The notes under the pieces are model-generated. The model was not told the origin of the DNA, did not search any database, and saw nothing but the letters and a program-made list of their open reading frames with translations. The translations under genes and the position numbers were made by a program. This document shows, piece by piece, positions 1-7,835 of a stretch of 30,912 nt of DNA. Position 1 is the first letter of the stretch. Each line of letters opens with the position of its first letter. The DNA is from Nanobdellati archaeon (GTDB taxonomy: Archaea; EX4484-52; WAPT01): contig WAPT01000023.1 of NCBI GenBank assembly GCA_015520605.1, positions 1 to 30,912 of the forward strand. The letters are read 5' to 3'.

Positions 1-869
1 AGCAATTTTATCTCTCTTAAATACCTTTTTAACCCTTCCTTCCATGAAGGCATTCCCAGATTCAGCTTTTTGAGTTTCGCATTCTCAAGTGCTGAAAATC
101 TCGGTCTTTCAGCAAGTCTGCCGAGCTCACCTGAGGAAATGGGTTCAATCTCAATATCCCAGCCGAGCATATCAAAAATAGATTTCGCAAATTCGTACCA
201 AGAACAATAACCTTCATTCACCATATGATACACTCCGAATTCTGGCTCCAGCTTCAAGAACTTTATCAGAGCTGTGGCAACATCTTTGGTATGGGTGGGG
301 CTGATTATCTGATCGTCAACTACCCTCAAGCTCTCTTCTTGTTTCGCTTTTTCTATTACCCAGTTAACGAAGTTACCTCCTTTACCTCTGGCTCCTGCTT
401 TTCCATAAAGAGCTGCAACTCGAATCACATAATGCTTGGGAGAATAATTTCTCGTGAATATCTCTCCAGCGTACTTACTCGCTCCGTAAACATTTACGGG
501 ATTTGGAATATCCGTCTCAACATAAGGCTCTCCTTTTTTACCGTCAAAAACATAATCTGTGCTTATGTAAATATTGACGGCATCGAGCTCATTTACAACC
601 TTCGCAACATTGAGAGCACCAACGGCATTCACATTAAAGGCTTCCTCCGCGCAAATCTCGGCATCATCCACCCTAACATATGCCGCACAGTTAATGATGA
701 CGTCTGGTTTAATTTTCTTTAAAATTGTTAAACTTTTCAAATCGGTAACGTCAACATCCTTATGAGTTAACGGAATAACTTTAAAAGACGGGACTTCATT
801 AAAGACCTCAACGATGTCTGATCCAAGCTGACCGCTCGCACCGATAACAGCAATTTTTACCTGATCCAT
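1..869 (-). CDS. rfbD: dTDP-4-dehydrorhamnose reductase (3' end runs off the window; not in the ORF track)
   Basis: Manual translation from ATG at 869: MDQVKIAVIGASGQLGSD (GxxGxxG), IINCAAY, ISTDYVFDG, NVYGASK (YxxxK), DQIISPT, RPRFSALE. The frame stays open to position 1. It overlaps the rfbC stop (TAATG) and has SD-like AGGTGA upstream. Confidence 0.95.
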   Translation of the reverse strand, partial: MDQVKIAVIGASGQLGSDIVEVFNEVPSFKVIPLTHKDVDVTDLKSLTILKKIKPDVIINCAAYVRVDDAEICAEEAFNVNAVGALNVAKVVNELDAVNIYISTDYVFDGKKGEPYVETDIPNPVNVYGASKYAGEIFTRNYSPKHYVIRVAALYGKAGARGKGGNFVNWVIEKAKQEESLRVVDDQIISPTHTKDVATALIKFLKLEPEFGVYHMVNEGYCSWYEFAKSIFDMLGWDIEIEPISSGELGRLAERPRFSALENAKLKKLNLGMPSWKEGLKRYLREIKL

Positions 870-1426
870 TAAAATACATCACCTTTCTCAATCAATTTTT
901 TTAAGGTGGTCCAACTTTTGTCTTTCTCAGAAAGTATGGGATTTTTTATGGGCCACTCAACACCAACATCAGGATCATTCCATATCAAGCCGCGCTCATA
1001 TTCTGGAGCGTAAACATTATCTACTTTGTATATGACTTCCGCAACATCACTGAGCACGACAAATCCGTGAGCAAAACCACGAGGTATGTAAAGCATATGC
1101 TTGTTTTCCTCAGAAAGTACAGCACCCACCCATTTCCCAAAAGTCGGCGAGTTTCTTCTTAAATCCACCGCCACATCAAAAATTTCTCCTCGCACGCACC
1201 TCATGATTTTAGCCTGTGCGTAAGGTTCTTTCTGGAAATGCAACCCTCTCAGCACCCCGTGCTTTGATCTGGAATGATTATCCTGAACAAAATCACCTTT
1301 TATGCCTGCACTTTCAAACAAATCTTTTCTGTAAGTCTCCATGAAGAAACCCCGTTCATCCTCGAATACCTTTGGGATTATCAGGATCACATCCTCTATG
1401 CCGAGCCTTTTGAATTCAAACGGCAT
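869..1426 (-). CDS. rfbC: dTDP-4-dehydrorhamnose 3,5-epimerase
   Basis: Motifs DERGFFME, QDNHSRS, GVLRGLHFQ, DVAVDLR, PRGFAHGF, YKVDN; SD GGGGTGA upstream. Confidence 0.97.
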   Translation of the reverse strand: MPFEFKRLGIEDVILIIPKVFEDERGFFMETYRKDLFESAGIKGDFVQDNHSRSKHGVLRGLHFQKEPYAQAKIMRCVRGEIFDVAVDLRRNSPTFGKWVGAVLSEENKHMLYIPRGFAHGFVVLSDVAEVIYKVDNVYAPEYERGLIWNDPDVGVEWPIKNPILSEKDKSWTTLKKLIEKGDVF

Positions 1427-2384
1427 ATGTCACCCCCTTGATCAGAGGTTCCCACCACCACTTATTGTTGACATACCATTCCACGGTTTTTCTAAGTCCT
1501 TCCTCAAAGCTCACTTTGGGTTCCCATCCCAGCCTTCTTATCTTGGTTGAATCAATAGAATACCGGTAATCATGCCCGGGCCTGTCCTCCACAAACCTTA
1601 TCAGGCTTTCAGGCTTGTTCAAATACTTTAAGATCAGCTTAACAACATCGATGTTCCTTCTCTCGTCGTTTGCCGCAACATTATAGATCTCTCCGGCTTT
1701 TCCCTTTCTCATAACAAGCTCTATAGCTCCACAGTTGTCCATCACATAAGTCCAGTCTCTAACGTTGGTACCATCCCCATAAAGAGGTAGCGGTTTGTCA
1801 TGCATAGCAAGTATAATAAACTTCGGTATGAGCTTTTCAGGATACTGGTAAGGACCGTAGTTATTGCTAGGCCTGACTATCACAACCGGCAGTCCGTAAG
1901 TCCTGTGGTAAGCTCTGCACAGCATATCTCCCGAGGCTTTTGAGGCTGAGTAAGGAGAGGAGGGGTCAAGCCTGTCCTCCTCTTCAAAAGAACCTTCCCT
2001 TATGGAACCGTACACTTCATCAGTGCTGATATGCACGAACTTATCAATCTCCCTCTTCCTGACGAACTCGAGCAGATTGTAAACTCCAAAAATATTCGTC
2101 CTTATGAACGGTTCGGGATTTTTTATGGAATTATCGACATGTGTTTCTGCGGCAAAATTAACCACAACATCCACACCTCCAACCTTCTCTAGATCCTCAG
2201 CTTTTGTTATATCACCTTTAATCAACTCTATCTTATCCATAACATCCTTCAAGTTTTCCATTCTCCCTGCATACGTGAACTTGTCAAGAACAACAATTTC
2301 AGCATCACTTCCGTACTTCTGCAGAAGCAACCTGACGAAGTTGTTGCCGATAAACCCCGCGGCACCCGTAACGAGAATCCTCAT
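1416..2384 (-). CDS. rfbB: dTDP-glucose 4,6-dehydratase
   Basis: GAAGFIG, DKFTYAG, FAAETHVD, STDEVYG, SPYSASK, NNYGPYQ, DRPGHD; SD GAGGTG upstream. Confidence 0.97.
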   Translation of the reverse strand: MRILVTGAAGFIGNNFVRLLLQKYGSDAEIVVLDKFTYAGRMENLKDVMDKIELIKGDITKAEDLEKVGGVDVVVNFAAETHVDNSIKNPEPFIRTNIFGVYNLLEFVRKREIDKFVHISTDEVYGSIREGSFEEEDRLDPSSPYSASKASGDMLCRAYHRTYGLPVVIVRPSNNYGPYQYPEKLIPKFIILAMHDKPLPLYGDGTNVRDWTYVMDNCGAIELVMRKGKAGEIYNVAANDERRNIDVVKLILKYLNKPESLIRFVEDRPGHDYRYSIDSTKIRRLGWEPKVSFEEGLRKTVEWYVNNKWWWEPLIKGVTYAV

Positions 2385-2394
2385 TCAGAACACC

Positions 2395-3450
2395 TCATAC
2401 GAACACTCTCGAATGATCTCCTATCACGAATTTCTTTCCTTTGGGGTGGCTCTCTTCCTTTATAATTTTCACGTCCCTCCCTATCAAACTCTCAAGCAGT
2501 CTGCCGCCATTTATTATGGTTGTGCCGTCCATTATTATGGAATCCTCCACTTCGGTGTTTTCTATAACACAACCATTACCTATGCTCGTGTACGGTCCGA
2601 TATAAGAATTCCTTATTTTGGTATTTTTTCCTATTACAACGGGCCCTTTAATCGTTGTGTTCTCATCTATTTCAACACCTTCCTCTATCACAACTCTGCC
2701 CACAATCCTGCCTTTAATCTCTGACTTTATGTTCGTTTTCAGATCATCAAGAATGAGGCGATTCACGTCTATTATGTCTTCTGGTTTACCGGTATCCTTC
2801 CACCATCCAGTAACTTTTGTCCAACCAACCCGGTAACCATGGTCGATCAGCCACTGAATAGCCTCGGTAATCTCAAGCTCTCCCCTCCACGAAGGTTTCA
2901 GATGATCTATGGCCTTGTGTATAATCGGTTTAAAAAAGTAAATCCCAACAAGCGCAAGATTGCTCGGAGGAACCTTTGGCTTTTCCACCAACCTCTTTAT
3001 CGTGCCATCGTCGTTAAGCTCAGCAACTCCAAACTGTTGTGGGTTTGGCACTTCACACAACAAAATGGAGGCATCGAAATCACTCATCATGAAATGGTCA
3101 AGATGATCCACTATTCCCTCCTTCAGTATGTTATCTCCAAGGTACACCACAAAATCATCGTTTCCAAGAAATTCTCTTGCTACCTTTACAGCATGAGCTA
3201 TGCCTTTGGGATCGCCCTGATGTATGAATGTGATTTCAGCATCCCAATCTCGGCTTTTTACAGTTTCTATAACCTGTTCTCTATTCGGCCCGGTTATTAT
3301 CCCTATCTGGGTTATCCCGGCCTCTATCATATCCTCTATCGCATAAAAAAGCACGGGTTTGTTAGCCACGGGGATTAACTGCTTCTGCTGGGAGTAAGTT
3401 AGGGGCCTTAATCTGGTGCCATGACCTCCAGAAAGTATCAGACCTTTCAT
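2395..3450 (-). CDS. rfbA: Glucose-1-phosphate thymidylyltransferase, long form with C-terminal beta-helix repeats
   Basis: GGHGTRLRPLT, KQLIPVANKP, LGDN, VEKP, RGELEIT, WKDTG, followed by hexapeptide-like repeats (IKGPVVIG, SYIGPYTSIG). Confidence 0.95.
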   Translation of the reverse strand: MKGLILSGGHGTRLRPLTYSQQKQLIPVANKPVLFYAIEDMIEAGITQIGIITGPNREQVIETVKSRDWDAEITFIHQGDPKGIAHAVKVAREFLGNDDFVVYLGDNILKEGIVDHLDHFMMSDFDASILLCEVPNPQQFGVAELNDDGTIKRLVEKPKVPPSNLALVGIYFFKPIIHKAIDHLKPSWRGELEITEAIQWLIDHGYRVGWTKVTGWWKDTGKPEDIIDVNRLILDDLKTNIKSEIKGRIVGRVVIEEGVEIDENTTIKGPVVIGKNTKIRNSYIGPYTSIGNGCVIENTEVEDSIIMDGTTIINGGRLLESLIGRDVKIIKEESHPKGKKFVIGDHSRVFV

Positions 3451-3474
3451 ATTGTTCTATAAAATTTTTGTAAA

Positions 3475-3482
3475 TTTTTAAA
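3475..3482 (-). promoter_or_regulatory. Putative TATA box for a leaderless rfbA transcript
   Basis: TTTAAAAA on the minus strand 24 nt upstream of the rfbA ATG; no SD between them. Confidence 0.5.
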
Positions 3483-3483
3483 T

Positions 3484-4074
3484 TCATATTATAGGCAACC
3501 CCATCCCAACTACCAGAATCAAAGTGTTGAGAATTTAAGTGAGTTGGCGAAATTCTGAGTTGAAAAATCTTTCGAAGCCAGGACTTACGATGCCACCACA
3601 GATCAGAAAGAGGAATTCTCCACACTTCCTGAACGGATGTGAAGTGTTGATGCGATCAACACGATGAAAAATCCATAAGCTAAGTATCATTCGCCACTGC
3701 GAGAACTCATCTTTGGATTGTTTGGCGGTAAGGACGCTACCAGAACACCGGTACCGACTGAAGTAAAAAATAGCACTCATGCCGACAACGAAGCCAACGA
3801 CCGGAATGAAAACCATTTTCTTAACGTTCGCAGTTGTCTGCATAATTCTGGAAAGAGATAATAGTATCATCATAACTCCTATCGGCGTTTTCAGAGCTAT
3901 GGAGTACTCCCCATAACCCTTTTGATGATCGCAGAATAAACGGGATCAGCATCAACCGCAACTATCAGTGTAATACCCAGAAAAATGAGAATTGACACAC
4001 CACTACACCACAACCCACCCCGCTTAATCTGACCAAAATCCCACTGCTAAACTCCACAATATAAATGGTGCCAT
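3484..4074 (-). pseudogene. Sulfite exporter TauE/SafE family pseudogene (several frameshifts, stops and deletions)
   Basis: Stitching minus-strand frames gives MAPFILWSLAVGF/LVRLSGVGCGVV/SILIFLGITLIVAVDADPVYSAIIK ... VVGFVVGM/FTSVGTGVLVAS ... LAYGFFIVLIASTLHIRSGSVE ... ILNTLILVVGMGLPII*. This matches the two-repeat TauE pattern (GxxGVGGG..P..AVGTDL / TSVGxG..VGTDLA). The track ORF 3535..3873 is one fragment of it. Confidence 0.8.
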
Positions 4075-4083
4075 CACAACACA

Positions 4084-4617
4084 TCACAAATATCCAAGTT
4101 CTCTCATTCTTTCGAGAATGAGTTCAGTTTCCTCCTCAACACTCATTTTGTGGCTTTCAATTCTGACTTCCGGACTTTCAGGCTCTTCATAAACACCGTC
4201 ATAGCCTGTTAAGCCTTTAATCTCACCTTTCACGGCCTTTGCATAGAGCCCCTTGGGATCTCGTCTTATTCTCACCTCCAGAGGAGCGTAAACATAAACT
4301 TCCACAAACCTTCCGATTTCCTTCCTTGCATACTCCCTGACCTTTCTGTAGGGGGAGATCAATGACACGATAACTATTATTCCATTTCTGCTGAGCAGCT
4401 TGGCCATGTGAATCACAATTCTATTATGCATCTCTCTGGCTTTCCTGTCAAAGCCGAGCTCCGGATAAAGTTCCTTTCTTATCTCATCTCCATCCAGCAC
4501 CTCAACCTTGTAACCCATTTCTTTGAGCTTTTTTTCCAGAGCTCTGGCCAAGACGGTTTTGCCAGCTCCGCTAGGCCCTGTAAGCCAGGTCACGAATCCC
4601 TCGCGCATATCAGACAT
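4084..4617 (-). CDS. cysC: Adenylyl-sulfate (APS) kinase
   Basis: P-loop WLTGPSGAGKT, LDGDEIR, SLISPY, RDPKGLY, GEIKGLTG, YEEPE. Confidence 0.96.
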   Translation of the reverse strand: MSDMREGFVTWLTGPSGAGKTVLARALEKKLKEMGYKVEVLDGDEIRKELYPELGFDRKAREMHNRIVIHMAKLLSRNGIIVIVSLISPYRKVREYARKEIGRFVEVYVYAPLEVRIRRDPKGLYAKAVKGEIKGLTGYDGVYEEPESPEVRIESHKMSVEEETELILERMRELGYL

Positions 4618-5996
4618 TCACCCATTAACGCGCTTTTAACACCGAAGAGCTTCAGAATGGTTGGAGCGAAATCATAGATGGTGCAGGTAATTTCTCTTTT
4701 CTTCTCCAGTCCCGGCAAATAGAGAGAGAACACGCCATATTCATCATGCACAGCATCATCCGGGCCGGTATCGTTCTCCCTTAAATAGGGACTGTCATAT
4801 CCTACTGTTCCAGCTGCCCTCCAGCTCAGGTTGTCAAAGTAAACCATCATATCTGGCTTATCTCCCTTAGCAACAGGATAGAGTCTTTCCGGATAGAACA
4901 CCTTCGTATCCCACTTTTCACCATTCGGCCCTCTGATGTTCTTCAGCATTTCAGCAATTTCATCACGAACCTTCCCATAATCGTCTGGATTAATAATACC
5001 TTTTGCCTCTCTGCCTTTAACATTGAGGAAAACTCTGGAATAGTAGCCACCCCATGCCCATGCAACGCTCCTATCCCAATCAACCTCAACTTTATCCAAG
5101 CGTGTAGGACATTCTCGGTTAATCACCTTCCCACCTTTCACTTTGAGCAAACCCTCCTCAATCAGCCACTGGTTTATGGCGAATGCACCTTTCATAGCTT
5201 TTATTCCATGGTCGGAAACTATTGCGATAGCTGTCTCATCCAGATCAACAAGCTTGAGAAGCTTGCCGATCTCCCTGTCTAGAAGTTTGTAGTAATCGGG
5301 AATAACATCCTTATACTTGCTGTTCTTCTCATGAAGATGGTGATTCTCATCAAAGTATTTCCAGAAAGCGTGGTGTATTCTATCAAGTCCTATTTCCACA
5401 AACTGCACATAGTTCCAATCTTTTGTTTCCATTAGGTGTCTAACGAGTTCAAATCTTTTTTCCGTCATCTCCCATATTTTTTCCTTAACCTCATCTCTTT
5501 CCTCTTTCCTGAAAACCACATCAAAAATATAATCCCCAACAATTTTCTCAACCTCAGCTTTCAGCTCCTTTGGGTAGGTGTAATCACAGTTTGTATCGGG
5601 AGTTATAAAGCAGGAGACAAGCCATCCGTTTATCTTCTTTGGTGGGTAAGATGGAGGCACACCCACAATTATGGATTTCTTTCCTTTCTCTCCGATGTAA
5701 TCCCATACCGCTTTTTCTCTTACCATCAGGCTGTGAGCTATCCAGATGTCGTTATAAGATGAGCCCTTTCTGTGCCTGAACCCGTAAAGTCCAAGCTCCC
5801 CTGGGGTTTTGCCAGTGGCCATGCACATCCAAGCAGGTATGGTTATTGCTGGAATACAGCTCTTCATGGGGCCATAAATGGATCTGCTGAGCAGCTTTCT
5901 GATGTTTGGTAAGAAATCCAAAAATCTGTCAAACAACAGGTTAGGGGGAGCGGAGTCCAGCCCTATTACAACAACTTTCCTTACATTTTCGCTCAT
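4590..5996 (-). CDS. Alkaline-phosphatase-superfamily (type I phosphodiesterase/NPP-like) cytoplasmic enzyme
   Basis: IGLD (D14), PAITIPAW (candidate Thr52 nucleophile), TGKTPGELG, DRIHH, SDHG, DAVH; no signal peptide and no CxPxR sulfatase motif. It overlaps both sat and cysC. Confidence 0.88.
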   Translation of the reverse strand: MSENVRKVVVIGLDSAPPNLLFDRFLDFLPNIRKLLSRSIYGPMKSCIPAITIPAWMCMATGKTPGELGLYGFRHRKGSSYNDIWIAHSLMVREKAVWDYIGEKGKKSIIVGVPPSYPPKKINGWLVSCFITPDTNCDYTYPKELKAEVEKIVGDYIFDVVFRKEERDEVKEKIWEMTEKRFELVRHLMETKDWNYVQFVEIGLDRIHHAFWKYFDENHHLHEKNSKYKDVIPDYYKLLDREIGKLLKLVDLDETAIAIVSDHGIKAMKGAFAINQWLIEEGLLKVKGGKVINRECPTRLDKVEVDWDRSVAWAWGGYYSRVFLNVKGREAKGIINPDDYGKVRDEIAEMLKNIRGPNGEKWDTKVFYPERLYPVAKGDKPDMMVYFDNLSWRAAGTVGYDSPYLRENDTGPDDAVHDEYGVFSLYLPGLEKKREITCTIYDFAPTILKLFGVKSALMGECLICARDS

Positions 5997-7147
5997 TCAT
6001 CCTCACCCACGAAAGGATCATCAAAGGATTTAAGCGCATCATACACTTCCTCTCTCATGAAGTGTGGAGGAACTTTTTCACCTCTCGTAATCATCTCTCT
6101 TATCTTCGTACCGCTAAAATACTCTCTATATTCTTTTGGATGGGGACACACCTTTTCATTCACTATGCTCCCGCATTTCTTACAGAAAAAGAACTCTCTG
6201 AAGAACATCGGCACTATCCCGAGATCGGGAAACTCTTCGAATATCTCCTGAGCTTCGTAGGGTTTGTAGAAGTTACCAACTCCTGCATGATCCCGCCCAA
6301 CTATGAAATGCGTACACCCGAAATTTTTGCGCATTATCGCATGATGCACAGCTTCTCTTGGACCGGCATACTTCATCTCGTATCTGACCGTGGCAAGCAC
6401 GGAAGCGTTTGTGGGGTAATAGTTCCTGAAGAGCACCTCATAACACCTCAGGATGACATCATCCTTATAGTCCCCTTTCTTCTTTTTACCTATGACAGGA
6501 TTTATGAACAATCCGTCAACAAATGTCAGAGCCGCTTTCTGGACATACTCGTGCCCCATGTGCGGCACGTTCCTTGTTTGAAAAGCCACTATCGTGTTCC
6601 AGCCCCTCTCTTTGAAGAGCACTCTCGTTTCAACAGGTCTTAATGTGTAAGCTGCGAACGGATTTTCAACCTCATTTAAAAGTTCTATCTCTCCGCCCAC
6701 CAGGTATTCTCCCATATTTATAACTTTCCTGACCCCCGGATGCTCCTCACTGGATGTCCTGAAGACCTTCTCGGAGAACTCCTTTTTATCAAATCGATAT
6801 ATTTCATCAACATACATCCTGGCAATTACTTCCCCACCGTGAAAGAGAAGCACGGCATCACCTTCATCAAAATTCACAGAGTCCTCTGGAGCGTCGAGCA
6901 CTATGGGAATCGTCCACGGCAGATCATTAGGAAGCCTCATATGCTCAAGAACAGATGAGAGTTCATAGCTCCTCATGAAACCTGTCAGCGGCGAATAGAT
7001 TCCATGAGCTATGTTCTCAGCATCTATGGCCACAGCTGTGCTCACAGTCAGCTTTGGAAACTCATCTTTCTCGCTCAGTATTCTCTCCCTTGTTTTTCGT
7101 GCAGCAATTTTTCTAACTAACTTATCTCCATGGGGTTTTGAGACCAT
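5993..7147 (-). CDS. sat: Sulfate adenylyltransferase (ATP sulfurylase)
   Basis: FQTRNVPHMGHE (QxRN/HxGH), YAGPREA, GRDHAG, Zn site CKKC...CPH, SGTKIR. The start is probably ATG 7147 (MVSKPHG); the track starts at GTG 7156. Confidence 0.96.
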   Translation of the reverse strand: MVSKPHGDKLVRKIAARKTRERILSEKDEFPKLTVSTAVAIDAENIAHGIYSPLTGFMRSYELSSVLEHMRLPNDLPWTIPIVLDAPEDSVNFDEGDAVLLFHGGEVIARMYVDEIYRFDKKEFSEKVFRTSSEEHPGVRKVINMGEYLVGGEIELLNEVENPFAAYTLRPVETRVLFKERGWNTIVAFQTRNVPHMGHEYVQKAALTFVDGLFINPVIGKKKKGDYKDDVILRCYEVLFRNYYPTNASVLATVRYEMKYAGPREAVHHAIMRKNFGCTHFIVGRDHAGVGNFYKPYEAQEIFEEFPDLGIVPMFFREFFFCKKCGSIVNEKVCPHPKEYREYFSGTKIREMITRGEKVPPHFMREEVYDALKSFDDPFVGEDE

Positions 7148-7174
7148 ACGTCTCACGATAACTCATAAGCTTTT

Positions 7175-7408
7175 TCAGTCGAGATAGCCGAGAGCCCTCA
7201 ACCTTTCCTTGACCTTTTCCTCTTCTTCTTTGCTGAATACCTCTTCTTTTTCCTCTTCCTCCAGGCTTGCGAGTACCTCCCTGAGCACATAAGTCACATA
7301 GTCGGAAACCGATGTGAATCCCGTATCTTCTATCCTTTTCTTTATTTTCTCATAGAGCGGAGTTGGAATGGAGACAGTAGTATACTTCTTTTTCTTATCC
7401 TCACTCAT
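7175..7408 (-). CDS. CopG-like ribbon-helix-helix transcriptional regulator with acidic linker and C-terminal ERLRALGYLD tail
   Basis: YTTVSIPTPLYEKIKKRIEDTGFTSVSDYVTYVLRE fits an RHH pattern; strong SD GAGGTGA; first gene of the sat operon. Confidence 0.88.
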   Translation of the reverse strand: MSEDKKKKYTTVSIPTPLYEKIKKRIEDTGFTSVSDYVTYVLREVLASLEEEEKEEVFSKEEEEKVKERLRALGYLD

Positions 7409-7420
7409 GCTCTCACCTCT

Positions 7421-7458
7421 TTAATTATACTTAATTACATGTAATTAAATATTATAAA
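7421..7458 (-). promoter_or_regulatory. Promoter of the RHH-sat operon with a perfect 18-bp palindromic operator candidate
   Basis: TTAATTACATGTAATTAA at 7431-7448 is a perfect palindrome, with an extra TTAATTA half-site at 7421-7427. Minus-strand TATA TTTATAAT lies at 7458-7451. Confidence 0.75.
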
Positions 7459-7524
7459 GGTTGTGCACGATTGAACAAAATTGACGTCCAACCATTAAAA
7501 AATCCAAAAAACATTGAAAGTAAG

Positions 7525-7830
7525 ATGTCAATCATGCTTGTAGCCCCGATACCGGAGTAGAATTCGTAATGACGAAATAAGAAGAGGTTTTTGAAGATGA
7601 GAGATCAAGGAGGCTTTGAAGAAAAAAGAAAAAGCTTCTTTAAACCTTGATAGCAGGAGAAACACGATGTTTATGGGCTCAAGACAGGTTGTGGACAACA
7701 TTATTCAAGCTTCTTATCCATAACCTGCTCATCAACAAGAACACAGAGATATTCAGGATTCTGTATTTGAGCTGGAGCTTCCGGGGAATTATGAAGAAAT
7801 CGTCGAAACTGTTGCATCGATGTGTGAATG
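7525..7830 (+). pseudogene. Probable highly decayed gene remnant (weak resemblance to archaeal DHH/DHHA1 phosphoesterases)
   Basis: Protein-like fragments in different frames: FEDE/IKEALKKKEKASLNLDSRRNTMF, LLINKNTEIFRI, ELPGNYEEIVETVAS. There is no intact ORF. The family assignment is from recalled pattern only. Confidence 0.3.
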
Positions 7831-7835
7831 GCGAT

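Noticed and set aside
225-3378. Long plus-strand ORFs (225..722, 2104..2724, 2839..3378 and others)
   Set aside because: They are antisense shadows of rfbD/B/A with no motifs. The same applies to the many short antisense ORFs over sat, flippase, aglB, GGR, secDF, polB and map.
3535-3873. 112-aa ORF as a stand-alone gene
   Set aside because: It is a mosaic of in-frame and out-of-frame parts of the TauE pseudogene.
4590-5996. Formylglycine-dependent sulfatase
   Set aside because: There is no C/SxPxR motif (CIPAI only); the Thr-based NPP-type signature fits better.
4084-7147. Dissimilatory or assimilatory sulfate reduction
   Set aside because: No aprAB, dsr, cysH or sulfite reductase is in the window; the context is glycosylation.
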